Below, piece by piece: positions 25,907-34,815 of a stretch of 64,000 nt of DNA. The notes below the pieces were generated by a model. The model did not search any database. It saw only the letters and a program-made list of their open reading frames with translations, and was not told where the DNA came from. How positions within the stretch are numbered: the stretch's first letter is position 1; every line of letters begins with the position of its first letter. Source of the DNA: Dehalococcoidia bacterium (lineage in GTDB: Bacteria; Chloroflexota; Dehalococcoidia; UBA2979); the NCBI GenBank assembly GCA_963667465.2, contig CAXXDN010000002.1, forward strand, positions 1,472,001 through 1,536,000, given 5' to 3'. The translations under genes and the position numbers were made by a program.

Positions 25907-26986
25907 ATGAACGAGCCGACCCTGTTGACCCCGGAACGAGCCCGATCGCTACAACGGCTGCTGCTGGTGCTGGCGATCCTCGCGGGCCTCGCGGCGAGCG
26001 TGATCGTGCTCGCCTCACAACCCGTCACGGACTTCCTGCGCGAGGGCCCGGCGCGCCTGCTCCCGTTCGAGGGTGGCGCGGCGCGCGTCGTGCTCGGCCT
26101 CGGCGCGGCGCTTGCCACGATCGTCGCCGGCGCGGCGCTCTGGCGCGGCGTCTCGATCGGCTCGGTCGTCGTCGCAGCGATTGCCGGCGGCGTCGGGTTC
26201 CTGCTCATTCATGTGCTGCTGACGCCAGCGATCGGGCTGTTCACGCTCAGCATCCTTGCCTGCGTCGGAGGGCGCACATCGCGGCTGCTGTTGGTCGAGG
26301 CCGGCCCGGGCCGCTACCCGCTGCGCTGGGCTGCCGGCCTGGTCGTCGCCATCGCAGGCCTCGTTGTCGCTGGCGTGATCAGCTACTGGCTCGCCTCGCC
26401 GCTCTGGGACGAGGGCGCGACGCTCGACGAAGACCTCGGCTTCGAGGTCGCCGGCATGCCGACGGCGAGCCCCACGGCTGCGGCAGGTGCTGCCGCCACG
26501 GAGACGGCGACCGCTACCGAGGCGCCGACGCAGGCCGCTACCGAGGCTGCCGCGTCGCCGACGGCGGCGAGCGCTGAGTCCTCGCCGGCCCCGACCGAAG
26601 AGGCGGCGGCGACCGCGACGGCGGCGACCGCGACCGCGACGCCCTCGGGGCAGGGCTCGCTGATCTCGATGGGCGAGCTGATGGGCGCGGACTCGTTCCA
26701 CACGGGGAGCGGGCAGGTGCTGCTGGTTCGTGCCCCGGACGGCTCGGTGATCCTCCGCTTCCAGGACTACGCCGTGCGCAACGGGCCCGACCTGTTCATC
26801 TACCTCACGCCCGACCCCGACGGCGACGTGTTCGCCGAAGGCGCGATCGAGCTGAGCGAGATCCGCGCCACGCAGGGCAACGTGAACTACGAGGTGCCCG
26901 ACGATGTCGACCCCTCGACGTTCCGTGCCGCGGTGATCTGGTGCAAGGCATTCGCCGTGCTGTTCGCGCACGCGGAGCTCGAATAG
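25907..26986 (+). CDS. Membrane-anchored DM13-domain protein
   Basis: N-terminal TM helices, Ala/Thr-rich linker, C-terminal GADSFHTGSG...NGPDLFIYL...GNVNY...VIWCKAFAVLF. Confidence 0.85.
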   Translation: MNEPTLLTPERARSLQRLLLVLAILAGLAASVIVLASQPVTDFLREGPARLLPFEGGAARVVLGLGAALATIVAGAALWRGVSIGSVVVAAIAGGVGFLLIHVLLTPAIGLFTLSILACVGGRTSRLLLVEAGPGRYPLRWAAGLVVAIAGLVVAGVISYWLASPLWDEGATLDEDLGFEVAGMPTASPTAAAGAAATETATATEAPTQAATEAAASPTAASAESSPAPTEEAAATATAATATATPSGQGSLISMGELMGADSFHTGSGQVLLVRAPDGSVILRFQDYAVRNGPDLFIYLTPDPDGDVFAEGAIELSEIRATQGNVNYEVPDDVDPSTFRAAVIWCKAFAVLFAHAELE

Positions 26987-27005
26987 GTCTCGCAGCCCGT
27001 CCGGT

Positions 27006-27043
27006 CCCCTCTCCCCCGGCGGGAGAGGGCCAGGGTCAGGGGG
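27006..27043 (+). repeat. Repeat family B copy
   Basis: CCCCTCTCCCCCGGCGGGAGAGGGCCAGGGTCAGGGGG. Confidence 0.85.
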
Positions 27044-27095
27044 ACTCCAGCGTCCCGCGTGCGACCGAACCATCGAGGGCGCTTGCGTGTCTGGT

Positions 27096-27125
27096 GTGGG
27101 GGGCTGCGCCCCCACACCCCCATCC
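27096..27125 (+). repeat. Repeat family A terminal hairpin module (partial copy)
   Basis: GTGGGGGGCTGCGCCCCCACACCCCCATCC. Confidence 0.75.
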
Positions 27126-27172
27126 GAAGGGCTCCGAGGAGCCAGTCCCGCGCCCCGACGGAGCCGAAGCCC

Positions 27173-27949
27173 TCAGGAGATGCCCCCGCCTCCGTCGATC
27201 GCGAGCGTGTGCCCGGTGATGTGGTTCGCCAGGTCCGAGGCGAGGAAGACGGCGCCCGCGCCGAACTCCTCGGGCGGGGCCAGCCGTTTCAGCAGCCCGT
27301 AGTCCGACACGCGCTCGCTCTCGCGGTCGGGGTCCATGTTCTTCGTCCGGCCCGCGCTGTCGACCCCGCCGGGGGCGATCGCGTTGACGCGAATCCCGTA
27401 GGGCGCCCACTCCGCCGCCAGCTCCCGCGTCAGGCCGAGGATGCCCGCCTTCGCCGCCGTGTAGGAGGCGATGCCGATGCCGGTCGACTTGAAGGCGGCG
27501 TTCGAGGAGGTATTGACGATGCTGCCGCCGTGGCCCTCCTCGATCATCGCGCGCGCGGCTGCCTGGCTGCCGATGAAGGCTGCCTTGAGGTTCATGCGCA
27601 GGACCGCCTCGAAGCCGTTCTCCGAGACATCGAGGGCGGGGAGTTGGAAGTTGCCACCCGCGTTGTTGAACATCGCGTCGATGCGCCCGAAGTGCTCGCG
27701 CGCGCCCGCGACGAGGGCGCGGATGGAGTCCGCCTGGCGCACGTCGGTGGGGATGAAGTGCGCCTGCCCGCCGGCCTCGCTGATCTCGGCCGCGGTTCGC
27801 GCCCCGGTCTCCTCGTTGATCTCGCCGATCACGACGCTCGCGCCGGCGTCGGCCGCGCCGATCGCGATCGCGCGGCCGATGCCCTCACCGGCGCCGGTCA
27901 CGACGGCGACCCGGCCGTCCATGCGGATGCCGTCCATCAGGTAGCCCAT
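27173..27949 (-). CDS. Short-chain dehydrogenase/reductase
   Basis: TGAGEGIG, NNAGG, YTAAK, IRVNAIAPG. Confidence 0.93.
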   Translation of the reverse strand: MGYLMDGIRMDGRVAVVTGAGEGIGRAIAIGAADAGASVVIGEINEETGARTAAEISEAGGQAHFIPTDVRQADSIRALVAGAREHFGRIDAMFNNAGGNFQLPALDVSENGFEAVLRMNLKAAFIGSQAAARAMIEEGHGGSIVNTSSNAAFKSTGIGIASYTAAKAGILGLTRELAAEWAPYGIRVNAIAPGGVDSAGRTKNMDPDRESERVSDYGLLKRLAPPEEFGAGAVFLASDLANHITGHTLAIDGGGGIS

Positions 27950-28030
27950 GCCTCGCCCCTCTCGCAGCGCACGTCACCATAGCGCGGCGCGGCGCACGGC
28001 TATACTGCCGCTCGCGGCCAGGGGGCGCTG

Positions 28031-28783
28031 ATGACTGTTCGCTTCGAGGACAAAGTGGCTCTGGTGACCGGAGGCGGCTCCGGGATCGCGCAGGCCGTCA
28101 GCCTGCGCTTCGCGGCCGACGGCGCCAGCGTCGCCGTCGCCGACATCGACCCCGACGCCGCGCGCGAGACCGCCGCGACGATCGCGGAGCAGGGCGGCAC
28201 GGCAACCGTCATCGAGGGCGACGTGACCAGCTCCGCCGGCGCCGAGCGGATCGTCGCCGAGACCGTCGCGGCCTTCGGGCGGCTCGACATCCTCGCCAAC
28301 GTGGTCGGCGGCAGCCTCCCACAGTTCAGCGTCGTCGACCTGCCGGAGGCGGAGTGGCGCGACCTGCTCGAGCTGAACCTGACGAGCGTCTTCCTGATGT
28401 CGAAGTACGCCATCCCGCACATCGCCGAGGCGGGGGGCGGGGCGATCGTCAACGTCTCGTCGGGATCGGGCGTCTCCGGACAGCCGCTCAACCCCGGCTA
28501 TGTCGCGGCCAAGGGCGGGGTGATCGCGCTCACCAAGGGCATGGCGCTGGACCACGCCGCCCAGAACATCCGCGTGAACTGCGTCGCACCGGGACCGGTG
28601 CTGACGCCGCTGATGCGGCGTAACCGCACGCCCGAGGAGATCGAGGGCTTCGGGCGGCTGAACCCGCTCGGCCGCGTGGGCCTGCCCGAGGAACTGGCCG
28701 CTGCCATCACCTACCTTGCATCCGATCAGGCCTCGTTCATCACGGGGCAGACCGTGAACGTCGACGGCGGCGTGAACCGCTGA
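28031..28783 (+). CDS. Short-chain dehydrogenase/reductase
   Basis: TGGGSGIA, YVAAK, IRVNCVAPG; TATACT -10 at 28001. Confidence 0.93.
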   Translation: MTVRFEDKVALVTGGGSGIAQAVSLRFAADGASVAVADIDPDAARETAATIAEQGGTATVIEGDVTSSAGAERIVAETVAAFGRLDILANVVGGSLPQFSVVDLPEAEWRDLLELNLTSVFLMSKYAIPHIAEAGGGAIVNVSSGSGVSGQPLNPGYVAAKGGVIALTKGMALDHAAQNIRVNCVAPGPVLTPLMRRNRTPEEIEGFGRLNPLGRVGLPEELAAAITYLASDQASFITGQTVNVDGGVNR

Positions 28784-28802
28784 GCGGGGGAAGACGGCAA
28801 CG

Positions 28803-29390
28803 ATGACGAGCGAGACCGACATCCTTCGCGACGACGTGATCCGCATGGTCGAACGGGAGCCCGCCAGCCTCGAGGAGCGGGTCGCGCGCCTCGAGGCGAA
28901 AGAGGCGATCCACGACCTGATGATGCGCTACGGCCACTTCTCCGACGCCCGCGACACCGAGGGCGTCCTCGCGCTCTACAGCGACGACGTGGAGCGCGTG
29001 CTCACGGGTACCCTCGACGAGCGCGTCAAGGGCAAGGACACGCTGCGCGAGCTGTACCGCAACCCCGTGCTGCCGACGCGGGACGGGAAATCGCTCGGCG
29101 AGGCCTCGCGCTACCGGCGCGGGCGCCGGACGACGGTCCGGCACATGTTCGCCGCGCCGCTGATCCGGCTCTCGGACGACGGCAACGAGGGCTGGCTGAC
29201 TTCGTACTTCACGCTCGTGCGCAGCGTCGCGAGCGACGAGGGCTTCGAGCGCCACGTCCACGAGGGCACGTACACCTTCGCGTTCGTGCGCCTCGATGAA
29301 GGGTGGCGGATCAGCAAGATGATCGTCGACACGGAGATCGGGCATGACCGCGGGTACAACCCCGCGGCGACGAAGGAGGCGAGCGCGTGA
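28803..29390 (+). CDS. NTF2/SnoaL-like domain protein
   Basis: LEAKEAIHDLMMRYGHFSD, RH, GTYTF, GWRISK. Confidence 0.85.
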   Translation: MTSETDILRDDVIRMVEREPASLEERVARLEAKEAIHDLMMRYGHFSDARDTEGVLALYSDDVERVLTGTLDERVKGKDTLRELYRNPVLPTRDGKSLGEASRYRRGRRTTVRHMFAAPLIRLSDDGNEGWLTSYFTLVRSVASDEGFERHVHEGTYTFAFVRLDEGWRISKMIVDTEIGHDRGYNPAATKEASA

Positions 29391-30505
29391 TGGCAGAGAT
29401 CCCGACCACCTGCAAGGCAGCCGCGATGGTCGGCGCGGGCAAGCCGATGGAGCTGATCGACGTGCGCGTGCCGCAGGAACTGGAGCCCGGCGGCATCCTC
29501 GTGAAGATGTCGATGGCCTCGATCTGCGCCACCGATGTGCACGCCTGGGAGGGCTCCTCCTCCTTCGCGGAGGACGAGTTCCCGAGCATCCTCGGCCACG
29601 AGATGACCGGGCGCATCGCGCGCAGCGAGGGCCGCACGCACGACTCGATCGGCACGCCCCTGCGCGAGGGCGACCGCATCGTCTGGACGCACGGCTTCTG
29701 CGGGAGCTGCCTCAACTGCACGGTGGAGCACGAGCGCACGCTCTGCCTCAACCGCCGCCGCTGGCACGGCTCGACCGAGGAGTTCCCCTACCTCACCGGC
29801 GGCTTCGCCGAGTACGGCTACGTCTTCCCTACCTCGGGCTGCGTGCGCGTGCCGGACGACGTGCCGGACGAGGTCGCCGCCGCCGTCTCCTGCGCGCTGC
29901 GCACCGTGATCCACGGCCTCGACCGGGTCGGCGAGCTGGACGACCGCCATCGCGTGGTCATCCAGGGCTCCGGTCCGCTCGGCCTCTTCACGCTCGCCCG
30001 CGTCGTGACCGGCGGACCGCCCGACCCGATCGTGATCGGCGGGCCGAAGCGCCGCCTCGAGCTCGCCCGCAAGTGGGGCGCCGGGCACACGCTCGACATC
30101 GACGAGGTCCCCGATCCCGCCGAGCGTCACGCGCAGGTGATGGAGTGGACGGACGGCCTCGGCGCGGACGTGGTGATCGAGGTCTCCGGCGCGAAGAGCG
30201 CCTTCCCCGAAGGGTTCGCGATGCTGCGGCGCGGCGGACGCTACCTGGTGATCGGCCAGCTACACGGCGAGACGTTCCCGTTCGCGCCCTCCGACATCGT
30301 GCGCAAGCACGCGAGGATCATCGGCACGTCCTCGGCGGCGGTGCAGCACTACCATCGAGCGCTCGAGTTCGTGCGCCGCCACCGCGACCGCTTCGACTGG
30401 ATGGAGATGATCTCCAACCACTACCCGCTGGAGCGGATAAACGAGGCGATGGCCGGGATGCAGCGGTGGGAGGAGATCAAGCCGGCGATCACCTTCCCGG
30501 ACTAG
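29390..30505 (+). CDS. Zinc-binding alcohol dehydrogenase (MDR)
   Basis: ICATD, GHE, CGSCLNC...C, QGSGPLG. Confidence 0.93.
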   Translation: MAEIPTTCKAAAMVGAGKPMELIDVRVPQELEPGGILVKMSMASICATDVHAWEGSSSFAEDEFPSILGHEMTGRIARSEGRTHDSIGTPLREGDRIVWTHGFCGSCLNCTVEHERTLCLNRRRWHGSTEEFPYLTGGFAEYGYVFPTSGCVRVPDDVPDEVAAAVSCALRTVIHGLDRVGELDDRHRVVIQGSGPLGLFTLARVVTGGPPDPIVIGGPKRRLELARKWGAGHTLDIDEVPDPAERHAQVMEWTDGLGADVVIEVSGAKSAFPEGFAMLRRGGRYLVIGQLHGETFPFAPSDIVRKHARIIGTSSAAVQHYHRALEFVRRHRDRFDWMEMISNHYPLERINEAMAGMQRWEEIKPAITFPD

Positions 30506-30568
30506 GCAGCTGGTTCTTGCCCTCTCTCCTGGGGAGCGAGATTCCGAAGCCGAGTGCGCGTCTGCTGT

Positions 30569-30682
30569 GGGGGGCTGCGCCCCCCCACACCCCCATCCCG
30601 GACGAGCACGCGCTGCGCGCGGCTCTGGCCCACCCACCCGCCCTCGGATTTCTTTCTGTGGGGGCTACGCCCCCACACCCCC
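30569..30682 (+). repeat. Repeat family A, full copy
   Basis: Nearly identical to 4838-4952. Confidence 0.9.
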
Positions 30683-30755
30683 TCGGTCCTGTCGAGGATG
30701 CACCCGGCTCCTCAGGCCGGTCCGGCACCGTCTCGTCGTTCCGGCTCCCCCTCCT

Positions 30756-30782
30756 CGTCATTCCGGCGGAAGCCGGAATCCA
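30756..30782 (+). repeat. REP-like palindrome CGTCATTCCGGCGGAAGCCGGAATCCA
   Basis: ATTCCGGC-GGAA-GCCGGAAT hairpin of the widespread GTCATTCC...GGAATCCA type; followed by a partial family-A hairpin at 30791-30817. Confidence 0.7.
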
Positions 30783-30935
30783 TCCCTCTTGCGGGGGGCC
30801 GCGCCCCCCACACCCCCTGGTCGGGAACCTTCCGGAGATCCGCTCCCCTCTCCTCTGAGGGGCTGGTCGAACCCCATTCGAGCAAGGGGCCTCGCGGCAG
30901 CCCCTGCCGAACGGCCCGCGATCAGCGCGGGCAGG

Positions 30936-30944
30936 TGGTATAAC
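30936..30944 (+). promoter_or_regulatory. Extended -10 element (TGgTATAAC)
   Basis: About 50 bp upstream of ATG 30995 in otherwise very GC-rich DNA. Confidence 0.5.
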
Positions 30945-30994
30945 CAACCGTGGCGCGCGGGGCGCGCGCTCGCCGAAAGGGGATCCCACCAGCA

Positions 30995-32293
30995 ATGACA
31001 ACTACCGAGGAACGACAGTTCCCCAAGATCAGCGACGAGGGCCTGGCCGGCCTGCGCGCGCGGCGGGGTATTCCCGCGATGCGCGGCGACCGCCAGAAGT
31101 ACACGCAGATCAACGCCGACGCCGTGCGCGGCTTCTCGCTCGGCGCGGGCGACACGAACCCGCTCTATACGAACGAGGACTATGCCCGGAACTCACGCTG
31201 GGGGACGATCGTCGCGCCGCCCTGCATCCTGCTCGGGGCCGGCATCCAGGAAGGCCGCGACCTGACCAGCGCCGAGCGCGAGTCCGGCCGCGGCGGCGGC
31301 CTGCCCGGCGTCCACGGCATGTACTCCGGCCACGACTGGGAGTGGTACCAGCCAATGGTTGAGGGCGACCGCATCTACCGCGTGCAGTACGAGGCCGGCT
31401 TCTCCCTGAAGCAGGGCCAGTTCGCGGGCCGCCAGGTGCTCCAGCACATGGAGACGCTGTACCGCAACCAGAACCACGAGGTCATCTGCAAGGCCGTGCA
31501 CTGGCGCTTCCGCACCGAGCGCAACACCGCCGCCCAGCGCAAGAGCGTCTTCCGCGAGCCGACCGTCTGGTCCGACGAGGAGCTCGCACGCATCGACGAG
31601 GCCTACGCCAACGAGATCCCGCGCGGCGCCGAGCCTCGCTACTGGGAGGACGTGAACGTCGGCGACGAGATGGGCGAGATGGTGCGCGGGCCCTTCCGCA
31701 TCACCGACGCCGTCTCATGGGAGACCGGCGCGGGTGGTCCCTACGCGCGCACCGGCCGCTCCGACTACGAGTTCCGCCAGCGCCACTCCGGCGCCTACGC
31801 CCGGGACAAGCAACGCGTCTGGGACATTGTCGAGCGAGTGCACTGGGAGGACGACTTCGCGCGCGAGGTCGGTGTCCCTGCGGCCTACGACTACGGCGCG
31901 CAACGCATCGCCTGGAGCGCCAGCTTCATGACCAACTGGATGGGCGACGACGCCTGGCTGAAGCGGCTCTGGGTCCAGATCCGCAGGTTCGGCATCATCG
32001 GCGACCTCCAGACCTACCAGGGCCGCGTCATCGACAAGCGCGTCGTGGACGGCGAGCACCAGGTCGTGTGCGACTTCTGGGCGACGAACCAGATCGGCGA
32101 GACCACCGCGCCCGGCCAGGCGATCGTCGTGCTGCCCTCACGCGCGGGCGGGATGCCGAAGCTGCCCGCGAGCGGCCAGCCGGCGTACCCGACGTGGGGT
32201 CCGGAGACGGTGCTCGAGCCGCTCGGCCTGCCTCCGGTCGAGCCGGGCCCGCAGGCGCACGACTACAAGCACGTAGGCGTCCCGGACCAGTAG
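30995..32293 (+). CDS. Double hot-dog MaoC/FAS1-like dehydratase family protein (paralogue 2)
   Basis: Same motifs as 19688..20989 (GDTNPLY, GLPGVHGMYSG, PRYWEDV, RVHWE, YDYGAQR). Confidence 0.88.
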   Translation: MTTTEERQFPKISDEGLAGLRARRGIPAMRGDRQKYTQINADAVRGFSLGAGDTNPLYTNEDYARNSRWGTIVAPPCILLGAGIQEGRDLTSAERESGRGGGLPGVHGMYSGHDWEWYQPMVEGDRIYRVQYEAGFSLKQGQFAGRQVLQHMETLYRNQNHEVICKAVHWRFRTERNTAAQRKSVFREPTVWSDEELARIDEAYANEIPRGAEPRYWEDVNVGDEMGEMVRGPFRITDAVSWETGAGGPYARTGRSDYEFRQRHSGAYARDKQRVWDIVERVHWEDDFAREVGVPAAYDYGAQRIAWSASFMTNWMGDDAWLKRLWVQIRRFGIIGDLQTYQGRVIDKRVVDGEHQVVCDFWATNQIGETTAPGQAIVVLPSRAGGMPKLPASGQPAYPTWGPETVLEPLGLPPVEPGPQAHDYKHVGVPDQ

Positions 32294-32306
32294 CCGGAGG
32301 CAGCCG

Positions 32307-33587
32307 GTGACCGAAGCGCACGCGGCGTTGCAGCCGACGGTCGCGGGACCGCTCTCGCACCTGCGCATCCTCGAGATCGCCGAGGGCGTGCCGGGCCCCT
32401 TCGCGGGACGCCTGCTGCACGATCTGGGCGCGGCCGTCACCAAGGTGGAGCGGACCGGCAGCGGAGACTCCTCGAGGCAGGCCGGCCCCTTCCGGGACGA
32501 CGAGCCGGACCCCGAGGCGAGCGGGCTCTTCAGCTACTTCAACCGCGGCAAGCGCTCGGTCACCCTCGACTGGACGCGGCCGGAGGGTCGCGAGCTGCTG
32601 GAGCGTCTGCTCGACCAGACGGACGTGCTGATCGTCGACGAGCGCTTCGGCGCGAGCCACGACGAGCTGCTTGCGCTCTGCGAGCGGCACGCCGACGGCG
32701 ACCGGCCGCTCAGCGTGGTCTCGATCACCCCGTTCGGCCTCACCGGGCCGCGCGCGCACTGGCGCGGCAGCCCGGCGACGATCAGCGCCTACGGAGGGCT
32801 GACCCTCTATTTCGGCGAGGAGGACCGCGCTCCGATCCCGCCGCCGCAGGACCTCGCGCTGACGCAGGGCGGCCTCGCGGTCGCGATCGCCACGTTGTTT
32901 ACGGTGCTCGGGCGGGGCGGACAGCCGGGCCGCGGCCAGGTCGCCGACATCTCGATCGTGGACGTGCTGTCCTCGGTGCATACGGGGCTGGCGGCGACGC
33001 ACTGGGTGTTCGACAGCCGCCAGTTCCAGCGCCACGGGCGGCGCAGCCAGGGCGGTCTCTACCCGAACGCGATGCTGCGCTGCAAGGACGGCTTCTTCCG
33101 CATCCACGCGATGTCGCAGAAGGAGTGGCGCGGCCTGCTCGAGATGATGGGCAGCCCGGCCTGGGGCGACGACCCGGAGTACCAGGACCGCATCGTGAAC
33201 GGCGACAGGTACGCCGACCTGCTCGACACGTACATCGAGAGCTACCTGCTGCAGCACACCAAGAACGAGCTGTTCGAGCAGGCGCGCGAGCGGCAACTGC
33301 CGTTCTCGCCGGTGCGCCAGATGCACGAGGTGCTGGAAGAGGAACAGCTGCTGCACCTCGGACTCTTCCGCGAACTGGCGCACCCCAACGGCGAGCAGTT
33401 CACCGCCGCCGGCTCCCCCTTCCGCTGGCGCAACGCCGAGGACGACGCCCCGCCCGAGACGGACCCGACCGGCGCCGCGCTGCTGCGCGCGCCGCGCCTC
33501 GGCGAGCACAACGACGAGGTCTACGGCGCCCTGATCGGGCTCGACGCTGCCGAGATCGAAAGGCTACGGGGCGATGACGTCATCTGA
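32307..33587 (+). CDS. Class III CoA-transferase (CaiB/BaiF), probably non-catalytic subunit
   Basis: LRILEI, LGAAVTKVE, NRGKRSVTLD, ITPFGLTGP, APRLGEHN; Asp site reads LALTQGG. Confidence 0.88.
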   Translation: MTEAHAALQPTVAGPLSHLRILEIAEGVPGPFAGRLLHDLGAAVTKVERTGSGDSSRQAGPFRDDEPDPEASGLFSYFNRGKRSVTLDWTRPEGRELLERLLDQTDVLIVDERFGASHDELLALCERHADGDRPLSVVSITPFGLTGPRAHWRGSPATISAYGGLTLYFGEEDRAPIPPPQDLALTQGGLAVAIATLFTVLGRGGQPGRGQVADISIVDVLSSVHTGLAATHWVFDSRQFQRHGRRSQGGLYPNAMLRCKDGFFRIHAMSQKEWRGLLEMMGSPAWGDDPEYQDRIVNGDRYADLLDTYIESYLLQHTKNELFEQARERQLPFSPVRQMHEVLEEEQLLHLGLFRELAHPNGEQFTAAGSPFRWRNAEDDAPPETDPTGAALLRAPRLGEHNDEVYGALIGLDAAEIERLRGDDVI

Positions 33588-34815
33588 CGGCGAGCGCCCC
33601 GCCACCCTCGACATCCTCGAGGGCGTCCGCGTGCTCGACCTCGGCATGGTCTGGGCCGGCTCGATCTGCGGGCAGGTGCTGTCCGACTTCGGGGCGGACG
33701 TGGTCAAGGTCGAATCGCGCTCGAACCTCGACATCGCCCGCCGCGGGCGGCCGATCATCGGGACGGAGTACGACCCGAACCAGAACCCGCTCTTCCACAA
33801 CACCTCGCGCAACAAGCGCAGCCTCGCGCTCAACCTCAAGACCGAGGAGGGCCGCGACGTGCTGCGGCGGATCGTGCCGCACGCCGACATCCTGATCGAG
33901 AACTGGCGACCCGGGGCGCTCCCGCGGCTCGGCTTCGGCTACGAGGAGCTGCGCAAGCTCCGGCCCGACATCATCATGATCTCGCAGACGCTCGCCGGGC
34001 AGGACGGCATCGACGCCCGGCTGCGCGCCTACGGCCCCACCGTCGGCGGCATCACCGGCCTCGACAGCCTCGTCGGCTACGGGGGCGAGGCGCCGCTCGG
34101 CATGGGCCACGCCTACGCCGACCCGAACGTCGGGCTGCACTCCGCGCTGCTCGCGCTGAGCGCCCTCGAACGGCGGCGGCTCACCGGCGAAGGCTCCTAC
34201 ATCGATGTCTCGATGTGGGAGGCGATGGTCGCGGCGCTCGCGACACCCCTGCTCGACTGCGAGCTGAACGGCCGCGTTGCCGGCCCGCTTGGCGACGCCG
34301 CAGTGCCGGGCGCTCCCGCGGGCGTCTTCGGCTGCGCCGGCGACGACCACTGGCTCGTCCTCGAGGTCCACGACGACGCCGACTGGGCCGGCATCGTCGA
34401 GGCGATGGAGCACCCGGACTGGGCGAGCGACGAGCGCTTCGCCAGCGCCGGGGGGCGCCTCGCCGCCCGCGACGAGCTGAACGAGCACGTGCGCGCCTGG
34501 ACCGCGACGCGCGACCGCGACGAGCTGGCCGAGCTGCTACAGAGCCACGGCGTGATCGCCTCGCCCTGCCTCGCCGTCAGCGAGCGACTCTTCGACCACC
34601 ACCTGCTCGCGCGCGAGGGCTTCACCTGGGTCGAGAACCCGGTGCTCGGCCGCGAGCCCGTCTACGGGCAGGCGATCCGCCTCAGCGAGACGCCCGGCTA
34701 CGTGCGCGAACCCGCCCCGATGCTTGGCCAGCACAGCGCCGAGGTGCTGCGCGAGCTGCTCGAGCTGAGCGACGAGGAGATCGAGGCGCTCGACGAGGCG
34801 GGGGTGCTGCGGTGA
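33574..34815 (+). CDS. Class III CoA-transferase (CaiB/BaiF)
   Basis: VWAG, FGADVVKVE, RNKRSLALNL, ENWRPG, YADPNVG. Confidence 0.92.
   Translation: MTSSDGERPATLDILEGVRVLDLGMVWAGSICGQVLSDFGADVVKVESRSNLDIARRGRPIIGTEYDPNQNPLFHNTSRNKRSLALNLKTEEGRDVLRRIVPHADILIENWRPGALPRLGFGYEELRKLRPDIIMISQTLAGQDGIDARLRAYGPTVGGITGLDSLVGYGGEAPLGMGHAYADPNVGLHSALLALSALERRRLTGEGSYIDVSMWEAMVAALATPLLDCELNGRVAGPLGDAAVPGAPAGVFGCAGDDHWLVLEVHDDADWAGIVEAMEHPDWASDERFASAGGRLAARDELNEHVRAWTATRDRDELAELLQSHGVIASPCLAVSERLFDHHLLAREGFTWVENPVLGREPVYGQAIRLSETPGYVREPAPMLGQHSAEVLRELLELSDEEIEALDEAGVLR

Noticed and set aside
26460-26645. Low-complexity GCGACC/ACGGCG tract
   Set aside because: Encodes the Ala/Thr linker of the DM13 protein; not an independent DNA repeat
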